DNA of 64,000 nt from Candidatus Melainabacteria bacterium 17Bon1m (GCA_032128875.1 JAVLKG010000001.1:288001-352000); one strand, 5' to 3'. Counted from the first letter of the stretch, positions 49,755 through 58,791 are shown. Program-made: numbers and translations. Notes: generated by a model not told the origin, from the sequence alone.

Positions 49755-50438
49755 ATGAATAGTCTAAACATCAAAATGAGTAGCAGTGGCACCCTCACCA
49801 ACATAAGTGCTCCTGCCCAACTTTCGGTAGTAGCGCCAGAAAAGAAATTGGCGGAGCTGACAGACAATGAACTAATTCGTGCTTGCCAACAGCGACGTAA
49901 AGGAGCAATCGATTTACTCCTAAAACGCTATCATCCACTCTTATCGGCAATGGTTCGTAAGCGCTTTCCTGAGCTAAGTGACATATCTGACGTTGTTCAA
50001 GAGGCTCAAATCAGAGTCTGGAGATCAATTGAAAAACTTAGGTGCGCCGCCGCTTTTAAAGGATGGCTCAATCAGATTGTCACTAATCTCTGTTATGACG
50101 AATTGCGCAGAAAAGTTCGCGACCGTGACACGTTGTCGCTCGATGAAACTTTTGAATCTGAAGACGGAACGAAACTCGAGCGTTATATCGCTGACACAAG
50201 CACCCAGCCTGATACCGATCTTCACGAGAAAGAACTTTCACGGGCGCTGGCTGAAGCTCTCGGCAAAATTCCTCCCAGCTTTAAAGAGCCTATTCTTCTT
50301 CGCGAAGTGGAAGGTTTGTCATATGAGGAGATTGCGGTCGTAACTAACACAGAGCTTGGTACGGTGAAATCGCGAATTTCTCGCGCCCGCACCAAGATTC
50401 AGCACCATATGGCGAAGTTTTTGAACGATGCAGCGTAA
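49755..50438 (+). CDS. ECF sigma-70 factor
   Basis: DVVQE..IRVWR, FKGWL.QI..N.C.D.LR (region 2); LREVEGLSYEEIA...GTVKSRISRAR (region 4). Confidence 0.95.
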   Translation: MNSLNIKMSSSGTLTNISAPAQLSVVAPEKKLAELTDNELIRACQQRRKGAIDLLLKRYHPLLSAMVRKRFPELSDISDVVQEAQIRVWRSIEKLRCAAAFKGWLNQIVTNLCYDELRRKVRDRDTLSLDETFESEDGTKLERYIADTSTQPDTDLHEKELSRALAEALGKIPPSFKEPILLREVEGLSYEEIAVVTNTELGTVKSRISRARTKIQHHMAKFLNDAA

Positions 50439-50463
50439 ACGACGAAGCAAACTCACCCTTCCG

Positions 50464-50488
50464 GGAACTTTGTCGTTCTCGGCCAGTC
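50464..50488 (+). promoter_or_regulatory. Putative ECF promoter GGAAC-N17-GTC
   Basis: 27 nt upstream of ATG 50516. Confidence 0.65.
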
Positions 50489-50515
50489 GTACAAACTTCC
50501 CTCCTCGGACTGAGT

Positions 50516-52066
50516 ATGGGTACGCCATCGAACATTTTTGGGCGGGTGCTTTTGAGCAAGAAATATACTTATGACAGTAACCTTCTGCACCATCTAATCA
50601 ATGGTGTGAAGGATTACGCGATTTACGCCCTTGACCCTCAAGGATTGATTGTGACGTGGAACCTCGGCGCAGAACGCGCCAAGGGTTACGCTGCCGAAGA
50701 AATAATCGGCCAGCATTTTTCCAAGTTCTACACACAAGACGCGCGCGAGAGAAAACATCCCGATTTTGAACTCATTCAAGCTAAAGAAAACGGCTCATAT
50801 GAAGAAGAAGGATGGCGTGTTCGCAAGGATGGCAGCCAGTTTTGGGCTCATGTCACCATCACTGCAATATACGACGATAATGGCAAACACATTGGTTTTG
50901 CCAAAGTAACTCGCGATCTCACAGAGAAGAAGGTGGCGCAGGCCGAGAATGTTGAGCAATTACGTCTTTTGCATCAGCATGAAGAAGCCTTTAGACAGGT
51001 CATTCGCTCGGTTAAGGACTACGCAATCTTTATGCTAAGCCCCGAAGGCTATGTGAAAACTTGGAATGCCGGTGCTGAGAAAATCAAAGGGTATAAGGCA
51101 GACGAAATAATCGGCAAGCATTTTTCGATTTTCTATTTAGAAGAAGCGAAGGCAATAAACCACCCTGAATTCGAGTTGAAAGAGGCTGTTAAAAATGGTT
51201 CTTACGAAGAAGAAGGTTGGCGCTTGCGAAAGGATGGCAGTCAATTTTGGGCGAGCGTGACAATCACACCGGTCATAGAGAATGATCAATTGGCTGGTTT
51301 TGTCAAAGTGACGCGCGATCTGACAGAAAGGCGACTGTTCGAGCTTCAGCTTGCAGAGGCTCGTGACGAAGCCATCTTAGCGAATCAGATGAAGACTAAA
51401 TTGGTGGCGAATATAACTCATGAGATACGCACACCGCTTGGTGGCATTATTGGTTTAAGTCAGCTCATTGCAGAAAATGCAGAGATTCCCTCTGACATTC
51501 AAGATTCCGGCAACAAGATTTTTCAAGCTGCCCGCAACTTACTGCGCCTTCTCAATGACTTGCTGGACTACGCAAAGCTCGAGGCCGGCAAAGTGGAGAT
51601 CATCGATGGCCCATTCAAAATCGATGAGATTATCAACGACGTTAAGGGATTGACTGAAAACAAAGCGGAAGAAAAATCTCTTAAGCTTACATCATCGATT
51701 AGTGAAGATCTGCCGAGATTCATCGTCGGCGATAGCGTCAAAATCCGGCAAATCCTTTTAAACCTCGTCCAAAACTCCATCAAGTTCACCGAAGTTGGTG
51801 GCATTGATATTTCTGTTGAACGAGAGGGGGAAACCGTAGTTTTCTCTGTTACTGACACCGGCATTGGTGTTACAGAAACAGTTAAGTCGCGGCTTTTCCA
51901 GCCATTTACCCAGGGGCACGACCCAAGCTACGGCGGCACGGGGCTTGGACTTTCAATCTGTCAGCAGTTTGTGGAATTGATGGGTGGCCAGATCGAAATG
52001 GTCAGCGAAGAAGGTCAAGGCACAAATGTCTCGTTTCGTTTGCCACTGAAAGAGGTGGTTGAATGA
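50516..52066 (+). CDS. Cytoplasmic PAS-PAS histidine kinase
   Basis: Two DYAI..L...WN.GAE...GWR.RKDGS.FWA PAS repeats; THEIRTPL; GGTGLGL. Confidence 0.95.
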   Translation: MGTPSNIFGRVLLSKKYTYDSNLLHHLINGVKDYAIYALDPQGLIVTWNLGAERAKGYAAEEIIGQHFSKFYTQDARERKHPDFELIQAKENGSYEEEGWRVRKDGSQFWAHVTITAIYDDNGKHIGFAKVTRDLTEKKVAQAENVEQLRLLHQHEEAFRQVIRSVKDYAIFMLSPEGYVKTWNAGAEKIKGYKADEIIGKHFSIFYLEEAKAINHPEFELKEAVKNGSYEEEGWRLRKDGSQFWASVTITPVIENDQLAGFVKVTRDLTERRLFELQLAEARDEAILANQMKTKLVANITHEIRTPLGGIIGLSQLIAENAEIPSDIQDSGNKIFQAARNLLRLLNDLLDYAKLEAGKVEIIDGPFKIDEIINDVKGLTENKAEEKSLKLTSSISEDLPRFIVGDSVKIRQILLNLVQNSIKFTEVGGIDISVEREGETVVFSVTDTGIGVTETVKSRLFQPFTQGHDPSYGGTGLGLSICQQFVELMGGQIEMVSEEGQGTNVSFRLPLKEVVE

Positions 52067-52653
52067 TAAATGATGACTTCAGAATCCTCCTCGTTGAGGA
52101 TGATCCTTTGCTTCAATTCGTATTCGAACAGCAGGTCAAAAAGCTCGGCCTGTCCGTTCATAAAATTGTCGGAAATGGACTTGATGCAGTTGATACCATC
52201 CTCGCAGATAAATATCACCTTGTATTTATGGATGTGCGAATGCCTGGTTTAGACGGTTTGTCTGCTACCGAAAGAATTCGCCGTGCAGAGCGGTTAACCG
52301 GTGCGTATACGCCGATCGTAGGTTTAACCGCCTTTGCTCATCGCGGTAAGTGCTTGCGAGTTGGTATGGACGATTTTCTGCAAAAACCTATCGAGTTGGA
52401 AGACCTTCAAGAAGTTATTGAAAAATGGAAACTCAGTGGCGGTAAAAGACGCGCAAATGAGCAGGCGAACGCAGGCTCGGAGCAAGTCAAAGCGACTACG
52501 AGTCAGCTCAAGACTGCCGAGAAAGCTCCTATCGTCGATCCTCAGGATTTTGAAACAATCAGCCAGAGACTGTCGAACATCAAAGACAAGATTAAACAGC
52601 TTAGAGTGACGTTCGACCTTGACCGTTATGATCAACCCGGACAGCAAAATTGA
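52063..52653 (+). CDS. Response regulator receiver with C-terminal coiled-coil extension
   Basis: LVEDD, FMDVRMP, MDDFLQKP; ATGA-coupled to the kinase. Confidence 0.9.
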   Translation: MINDDFRILLVEDDPLLQFVFEQQVKKLGLSVHKIVGNGLDAVDTILADKYHLVFMDVRMPGLDGLSATERIRRAERLTGAYTPIVGLTAFAHRGKCLRVGMDDFLQKPIELEDLQEVIEKWKLSGGKRRANEQANAGSEQVKATTSQLKTAEKAPIVDPQDFETISQRLSNIKDKIKQLRVTFDLDRYDQPGQQN

Positions 52654-52731
52654 GCTGAGAAGTTTCTTTTGCTGATAATGCACATTGGTCTGGGTTGAGC
52701 ACTGACTATTCCTGAGAATGCCACGCCAGAC

Positions 52732-53136
52732 TCAGCATGCTTCTTGTGATGTTGGTTTTGATGTCCAACGAAGCAGCATGTTCTTAAATCGTTCTGGTGA
52801 AATTGGCTTTTCTAAGTAATCATCCATGCCGTCAGCCAAGCATTGTTTTCGGCAGCTTTCCGATGAGTGTGCGGAGAGTCCGATGATTGGTGTTCTGAAG
52901 CCCAACTCTGCTTCGATTTGCCGAATTGCTTGGGTGCATTCGATGCCATCCATTACCGGCATGTTTAAATCCATCAGAACCGCGTCGAAGGGCTTTTGTC
53001 GGTCTTTGAAAAGTGAAATGGCTTCATATCCAGACCTTGCCGGAATTACCTCAAACCCGAATCTATCAGCAAGTGCTTTCACCACCATCTGATTGACCGG
53101 ATTGTCTTCGACGACAAGTATTGCTGCTTTTTCCAT
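52732..53136 (-). CDS. Single-domain response regulator
   Basis: VEDNPVN, LMDLNMPVMDG, GMDDYLEKP. Confidence 0.92.
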   Translation of the reverse strand: MEKAAILVVEDNPVNQMVVKALADRFGFEVIPARSGYEAISLFKDRQKPFDAVLMDLNMPVMDGIECTQAIRQIEAELGFRTPIIGLSAHSSESCRKQCLADGMDDYLEKPISPERFKNMLLRWTSKPTSQEAC

Positions 53137-53283
53137 CGACTCAACTCTTAATTTCAGCGGGCATCGTTTTTAGTAAGTTTCTAAGTCCCGGTAGAAGAAG
53201 ATAGAGTTGCACTTTCGGCGTTTTGTTCCCGCCCCGACATTACAAATATCTAGGTCTTGAGTGATCGTACGTTTGCCCTTGAG

Positions 53284-54477
53284 TTAAGGGGTTACGAACG
53301 AAGCGCCTTTTTTGGCAGAGCATACATACACTGAAGTCTGGTTGCCGGTTTCTTTCTCGTACCGCGGAATAACGATATTTTTGTAATTGTCGACTTCAGA
53401 AGAGCGAATTATTGAGACCGTGCAGCCACCAAAACCGGCGCCGGTCAGCCGCGAGCCACTAGTAGCGGGAAGCGCTTGGGTGAGTTTGACTAGTACGTCA
53501 ATTTCAGGAGTACTTATCTCGTAATTCGTCTTCATGGACTCATGCGATTCGTTCATTAGATAGCCAAATCGTTGTATATCTCCATTTTCTAAAGCAGCCA
53601 CCGCATCTAAAACGCGCTGGTTCTCAGAAACAACGTGTAAGCAGCGTCTATAAATTCGTTCTGGCAGACTTTCCTTGTGCTGCGAAAGGTCGACAAGCGA
53701 GACATCTCTGAGGCTCGATAAATGCGCGCCTCTCAACTGCGAAAGCAATCTTACGCCCTCTAGACACTCGTTTCGCCTGGCATTGTATTCGCTGTCTACA
53801 AGACCGCGATGAACGCCTGAATGTGTAATGACAATCGAGTATCCATTTTTCTCTAAATTTAGTGGCACTGCTCTGTATTCCAACGAGCGGCAGTCGATTT
53901 GGATAGCTGAATCTTCCTCGCCCAGCGCAGAGACGAATTGATCCATAATGCCGCATTGCACGCCGACAAACTCGTTTTCAGCTTTCTGCGCAAGTAATGC
54001 AAGTTCCTTCTTGCTTAGATTTAGAGAAAACAGCGCATCAAGGACAGTGACAAGTCCGACTTCAAATGATGCGGAAGAACTCAGTCCCGCCCCTTGGGGA
54101 ACGTTGCCCGATGTGACTAGATTGAGTCCGCCGATGTTGCCACCATTTTTGGTGACAACATCAACAACACCGCGGAGATATGCAGACCAGTGGTGCTTAT
54201 CATCGTTGTTCGGAATTTCATCGGTAGAAAATGAAACATCCTCGTGATAGTCGAGAGAGTATGCTGAAACTATTTCGTCATCGCTTGGTGCTGCGGCAAT
54301 TATCATTTCGCGATCGATTGCTGCAGGGAAAACGAAACCTTCGTTGTAATCAGTATGTTCGCCGATCAAGTTTACTCTTCCAGGCGCTCGAACAATAACT
54401 TTCGGCTGCACACCATACTTTTCCAGAAAGGTCTCTTGCAAATTATTTATTCTGCGTTCATAGCTTGCTTGCATCAT
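53284..54477 (-). CDS. galK: Galactokinase
   Basis: GRVNLIGEHTDYN, PQGAGLSSSAS, CGIMDQ, SRLTGAGFGG. Confidence 0.97.
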   Translation of the reverse strand: MMQASYERRINNLQETFLEKYGVQPKVIVRAPGRVNLIGEHTDYNEGFVFPAAIDREMIIAAAPSDDEIVSAYSLDYHEDVSFSTDEIPNNDDKHHWSAYLRGVVDVVTKNGGNIGGLNLVTSGNVPQGAGLSSSASFEVGLVTVLDALFSLNLSKKELALLAQKAENEFVGVQCGIMDQFVSALGEEDSAIQIDCRSLEYRAVPLNLEKNGYSIVITHSGVHRGLVDSEYNARRNECLEGVRLLSQLRGAHLSSLRDVSLVDLSQHKESLPERIYRRCLHVVSENQRVLDAVAALENGDIQRFGYLMNESHESMKTNYEISTPEIDVLVKLTQALPATSGSRLTGAGFGGCTVSIIRSSEVDNYKNIVIPRYEKETGNQTSVYVCSAKKGASFVTP

Positions 54478-55449
54478 TTAGATTTCCACAGCTCTAAGCT
54501 CTGCCGCCTTTTCTTCCGGGAGGGTATCGTTGACGAAAGTTCCTGCACCTGATTCGCAACCTGCCAAATACTTGAGCTTTTCTGGGGTTCTGAGCGGAGG
54601 ATAAAACTCAATATGAAAGTGGCATCCGGGCCAGTCTTTTCCGTCTGTTGGTTTTTGATGCATCACCATCATGTAGGGCATTGAAAACTTCCAGAGTGCA
54701 TCGTACTTTTTCAGCAAAGCATTGAGAATTTTTGCAAGATCATCTTGTTCTTCATCGGTGAATTCGCTTATTGCTCCACGGTGCTCTCTTGAATAGACGT
54801 GCACTTCATAAGGATAGCGAGCATAAAACGGAATTATCGCGACGAACATTTCTGTCTCCGCAACAATGCGCTTCTTCTCACTGAACTCGTGCTTAAGTAT
54901 GTCGCAGTGTAAGCAATTGCCGGTTTTTTCTAAATGCTTTGCTTCGTTAATCAGCTCTCGTTCAATACGCGGGGGCAAATAGGAAAACGCATAAATTTGA
55001 CCATGTGGGTGATGGATTGTCACGCCAATTGCCTCACCTTTATTCTCGAAAATGAATACATATTCGATTTCAGGCTTATTGCCTAGTTCTTCGTATCTAT
55101 CTTTCCAGACACGAACGAGGTGCTCAATCTTTTGAAGAGGCATTTCCGCAAGACTCGACTTGTGATCCGACGAATAAAGTACTACTTCGCAGATTCCGAG
55201 TGAGCCTCGAACTGGCATCAAATCAGATCCTTCCACCGCCGGGGCATCGGGCGTACCTCTAAGGCTGGGAAATTTGTTTTCAAAAACAACCATATCGTAG
55301 GTTTGTTCATGAATTTCTGTCGGAAAGCCCCCTTCCGCTGTAGGGCAAAGCGGGCAATACCCTGCTGGAGGTAGAAAGGTGCGGTCTTGCCGGTGAGTAG
55401 CGGTAACCACCCACTCTCCCATAATCGGATTCCATCTCATCTCAGACAT
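54478..55449 (-). CDS. galT: Galactose-1-phosphate uridylyltransferase
   Basis: RWNP..GEWV, CPLCP, FENKG...HPHGQ. Confidence 0.96.
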   Translation of the reverse strand: MSEMRWNPIMGEWVVTATHRQDRTFLPPAGYCPLCPTAEGGFPTEIHEQTYDMVVFENKFPSLRGTPDAPAVEGSDLMPVRGSLGICEVVLYSSDHKSSLAEMPLQKIEHLVRVWKDRYEELGNKPEIEYVFIFENKGEAIGVTIHHPHGQIYAFSYLPPRIERELINEAKHLEKTGNCLHCDILKHEFSEKKRIVAETEMFVAIIPFYARYPYEVHVYSREHRGAISEFTDEEQDDLAKILNALLKKYDALWKFSMPYMMVMHQKPTDGKDWPGCHFHIEFYPPLRTPEKLKYLAGCESGAGTFVNDTLPEEKAAELRAVEI

Positions 55450-55474
55450 TTACGGATTTCCTATGGACGTCAAA

Positions 55475-55711
55475 TTATTCGAGGATTTTGCCGTGACTTT
55501 CCTCACCAGAGCTATCCTTAGTTTTTGCACTCGATTCTCTGTTGGGTTTCTTTGCGGTGCTGCTGCGCGTTTCTTCGCTGCTATACCCGGACGCGTTGAC
55601 AATGATGCCGGCCGTGCAACCTTCATTGCATTCAAAGTCGTAGAAGATAAGCAGGCGTCCATCTTCTTTCTGGATGCTTCTCTTGATTAGCTTGTGTTTT
55701 TTTGACTTCAT
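55475..55711 (-). CDS. Small protein upstream of galT
   Basis: ATG ORF with KEDGRLLIFY motif followed by a low-complexity tail. Confidence 0.45.
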   Translation of the reverse strand: MKSKKHKLIKRSIQKEDGRLLIFYDFECNEGCTAGIIVNASGYSSEETRSSTAKKPNRESSAKTKDSSGEESHGKILE

Positions 55712-55897
55712 TCTCTTTACAAGTGTTGCGGGAATTCAATCATACCCCAGCTGATCTATTCTCTCATTTGGGCTTCACCCAAATAGACTTCAAAGTTTTT
55801 GTCTTTATCGAGAATTCGATCATAACGTTGCCACTTCTTCTAAAATCAAAAACCTTGAAGGCACCATATGCAGTGTCTAAGGCGAATGTGAGTCTAT

Positions 55898-55982
55898 AGT
55901 GAAGAAAAGAAGTGAAGAAAGAAGTGATGAAAGAAGTGATGAAAGAAGTGATGAAAGAAGTGATGAAAGAAGTGAAGAAAGA
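55898..55982. repeat. 12-bp tandem repeat AGTGA(T/A)GAAAGA, seven units
   Basis: Read directly; first unit has one extra A. Confidence 0.92.
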
Positions 55983-56232
55983 GCGTTTACTCTGCCGTTA
56001 TTCGAAACTGACGCAGGCACACGCTTTATTGCGATCCAAATGAAACAAAAGCTTTGATGTCAGTATAGACGAATTTAAGACGCGAATTGGAACATCTCGC
56101 TAGCAGTGAATCTCTACTAGATTGGGGATTGCAGAACTTCCGGGCACTCGCCACCATTCGAGGTATCACCCAATCTAGGTTTTCAGTTATCCAGAGTTTG
56201 CGCCATACTGGAGATGGAGGATTAGGAAGTCT

Positions 56233-56424
56233 ATGAACAGGAAGAAAACAAAATATTGGTTTGAAAAAATCGATGCAACTTCACCTTTGCCGAATTTTTA
56301 TCCATACAGCGAAGACGCTGCGGGCGCATCTGACGAGCATTTATCAGAAAGCGTACATTCGATAAACGGAGATAACATACTTACTCTGAATAGTTGGAAT
56401 CCAGACGACCAGCTGGCTGTATAG
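56233..56424 (+). CDS. 63-aa hypothetical protein
   Basis: GGAGG/AGGA upstream; followed by a hairpin-U tract. Confidence 0.55.
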   Translation: MNRKKTKYWFEKIDATSPLPNFYPYSEDAAGASDEHLSESVHSINGDNILTLNSWNPDDQLAV

Positions 56425-56457
56425 TTAATTTCATAGGTTTATCCCTACCCCAGGGAG

Positions 56458-56489
56458 AAAAGGAGGAGTGCATAGCGCTCCTTTTTTTT
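56458..56489 (+). terminator. Intrinsic terminator
   Basis: AGGAGTGC-ata-GCGCTCCT followed by a T run. Confidence 0.75.
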
Positions 56490-56526
56490 GCACTATTTAT
56501 TCAGTGCGCAGTATTGATTTGCCGGA

Positions 56527-56551
56527 GGAACTTTGGATAACTTGTGCGGTC
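56527..56551 (+). promoter_or_regulatory. Putative ECF promoter GGAAC-N17-GTC
   Basis: Exact motif match with no downstream protein gene on this strand. Confidence 0.6.
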
Positions 56552-56557
56552 ATACCA

Positions 56558-56665
56558 TTCGGAAAAAACGAAATATCTAAAACACTGTGAGAAGCACAGA
56601 TTTGCGTTTCGATCGACGCCGAAACGCAGAAAAGTGAAGGGCCGCTTAGAGCAAGCGGCTCTTTG
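56558..56665 (+). ncRNA. Candidate ~105-nt small RNA
   Basis: ECF-type promoter, three hairpins, terminator-like end, no ATG ORF. Confidence 0.5.
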
Positions 56666-56675
56666 CTGCTTTAAG

Positions 56676-57278
56676 TCATGCAGTTAATTCGTCTTCTCGC
56701 AAATCTTGCGCAAGTCGCTCGGCATTTGCAAGTTGCCATCTCACCGATGATGTTGACATGTCTCCTGTCAAAACAATACGCGGTGCTGGAGAATCCTTTA
56801 TCAGGCAAGGAGTGGACGATATCCTCTCTTTCTGTGCGAGTTGCGGACTCTTCAATACGTCGATTACTGACAGCGAATATTTATTCTTGTCACCGCCAAA
56901 TAAGCGTGCGACGTTGGTCAGCAGTTGTTCGTCAGGAGTGCCGCAAACAAAAAGCAATAGGTTGACCTTTTCACCGCTCGAAAAAACGTTGTCTCTGATT
57001 GAAACGCTGACGTCTTTTCCGAGCTTCTCCAACCAGACAATAAGCATGTCGATGCTGAAGCGGTCTACCCTACCTTGAACGACATCTGATATTCGCGGTT
57101 GTCCAACACCCAGGACTTCTGCCGCTTGGCCTTGCGTCCAGCCCTTTTCACGGATCAATTCGGCAATAGCTGCCATTAATTCCGCGCGCAGCACTAAATT
57201 GGACGCAGCGTAATCATCTTGCGAAGAGTGATTTTTTTCGCGAGATCGATTTCCCTTCATTGCGTTACCCGATTTCAC
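56676..57278 (-). CDS. XRE (HTH_37/HigA2-like) DNA-binding domain fused to KaiB-like domain
   Basis: TQGQAAEVLGVGQPRISD...FSIDML HTH; LFVCG.P...Y.L.VIDVLKSPQLA....I..TP.L.K..P.P....GD.S matches KaiB; start may be ATG 57260. Confidence 0.85.
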   Translation of the reverse strand: MKSGNAMKGNRSREKNHSSQDDYAASNLVLRAELMAAIAELIREKGWTQGQAAEVLGVGQPRISDVVQGRVDRFSIDMLIVWLEKLGKDVSVSIRDNVFSSGEKVNLLLFVCGTPDEQLLTNVARLFGGDKNKYSLSVIDVLKSPQLAQKERISSTPCLIKDSPAPRIVLTGDMSTSSVRWQLANAERLAQDLREDELTA

Positions 57279-57453
57279 ACTTCATATACTTAATTATATA
57301 TGTGCATCCTCTGTGGGCTATCCCTCGTCTGGTATATAAAAGATTAAATAGCTAGATGAGCAAGCAGTGGACAACTTGCTTGTATCTGACTGACCGTATA
57401 GAATTAATTCTATAAAGTGATAATTTGATTGGCATATCTATTTGGGTGACTAT

Positions 57454-57882
57454 ATGGATAAGCAACCAAGTTTGATGAATCGCATATTGCTGGCCCACGA
57501 CCCGCAGAAAATCGGTTTTTTGCTCGATTCGCTGACGGGTTTTGAACTTGTCCCGGCTGCGACGGTCAAGGAAGCCGAAAGGCTCATCACTGAGAATGGA
57601 ATCAACCTGTTTATTATTGGAATTCATTTTGATGATTCCCGCGCTCTCCAGCTAATAACGGACATTCGTCTCGACGAAAAGCATAAGACGACACCCATCG
57701 TGGTTGTTCGTCTCTCTCAGTCAGAGCACACAGAGATGCTTAGAATGACGATGGACACTCTGATTAAGCTTCACATCGTCGACGAGTTTATCGAGATTGA
57801 AAATCCAGGACAGAATCAAAAGAAACTTTTTCGCAAACTCGTAGAAAAGATACTTAATCAGGCAGAGGCTATAAGCCAATAA
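57454..57882 (+). CDS. Pseudo-receiver protein (Asp to Gly)
   Basis: RILLAH, A.TVKEA, LFIIGIHF, TPIVVV receiver-like pattern without an acidic pocket. Confidence 0.65.
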   Translation: MDKQPSLMNRILLAHDPQKIGFLLDSLTGFELVPAATVKEAERLITENGINLFIIGIHFDDSRALQLITDIRLDEKHKTTPIVVVRLSQSEHTEMLRMTMDTLIKLHIVDEFIEIENPGQNQKKLFRKLVEKILNQAEAISQ

Positions 57883-58026
57883 TGGGCTGCGCAGTTTAGA
57901 TTAGCTCCAATGTTGTCTGCCGCGCAGCAGGAAGCGAAAAACACAAGAGAGACGTTTTTAAGCGTCTCTCCTCTTTGGTTGCTCACTACTTAGTTAGCTC
58001 GGGGCGTGCTGGTTTGGCTGGCGCCG

Positions 58027-58413
58027 TCACTCATTTTGCCCCTTTTTTTGACCTTCGTTTTCACCCTGGCTTTCTTTGGTTAAGCATTTGCCGAGATACA
58101 TCTTCAGTGCTTCTACGTGCTCACGGTCTGAAGTTCGGATCTTATCGAAAAGGTCTCTCAGCTCAGCACAGGGTTGTGCGTCCAATATGTATTTGTCATA
58201 TGCCTGAAGTGCTTTGGACTTTTCGTTAAGCACCATAACTACGTCGAATTGAAGGTCGGATAGCGGGAAATATCCAGTTCCTTTATCCGCTCTTACTCCT
58301 TCCTTTCCCTGACCATTGCTTTTATTTTGCTGTCCTTGATTTTGTTGATTCTGAGTTTCTTGGTTTTGTTTTCCTTGATCTTGTGCCTTGTTTTCTTTCA
58401 TAGAACTAGCCAT
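58027..58413 (-). CDS. Half-ferritin-like stress protein with Q/N-rich N-terminus
   Basis: EKSKALQAYDKY..DA...LF.KI...DREH; GAGGT RBS. Confidence 0.7.
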   Translation of the reverse strand: MASSMKENKAQDQGKQNQETQNQQNQGQQNKSNGQGKEGVRADKGTGYFPLSDLQFDVVMVLNEKSKALQAYDKYILDAQPCAELRDLFDKIRTSDREHVEALKMYLGKCLTKESQGENEGQKKGQNE

Positions 58414-58450
58414 CTCGCTTACCTCATAAAATCGATTCGCATTATGAGGA

Positions 58451-58475
58451 GAGTCAGTATTTGACTGATTGTTCC
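58451..58475 (-). promoter_or_regulatory. Putative ECF promoter variant GGAAC-N17-CTC
   Basis: One mismatch; 37 nt upstream of ATG 58413. Confidence 0.45.
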
Positions 58476-58791
58476 TCATGTATCCAACAGTGTTGAGCCT
58501 TTTGATAGCTTGTTACGAATCAAAATCCTTGTGTCTTGATCCGGTCATAGTGTGGCGACCATTGCGTTGAATGAGTGTGCCACAGGTCGCATCAGCACGT
58601 CCCCATTTGCAGTGTGCTCTTCTAAGTCCTGTTCCGGACTTATGCTTTCTACATCTAATCGTTGGACTTTTGTTTGTTTCTAAGTGAATAGCACCAAGTT
58701 GTGGAACAATAATGTTAGTCTCGAAAGCCGATGGCCCGTGCGCCTTCTGTCTAGGCGGCAAAATAGAAATGTGTGGTGGAGGAAACTATAA

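Noticed and set aside
35072-53229. GGAAC-N17-ACTC variants upstream of the 35050 and 53136 receivers
   Set aside because: Spacing and -10 both deviate from the consensus, so they were not counted as regulon members
56676-57278. HigBA toxin-antitoxin pair or complete kai clock locus
   Set aside because: No toxin ORF upstream and no kaiA or kaiC in the window
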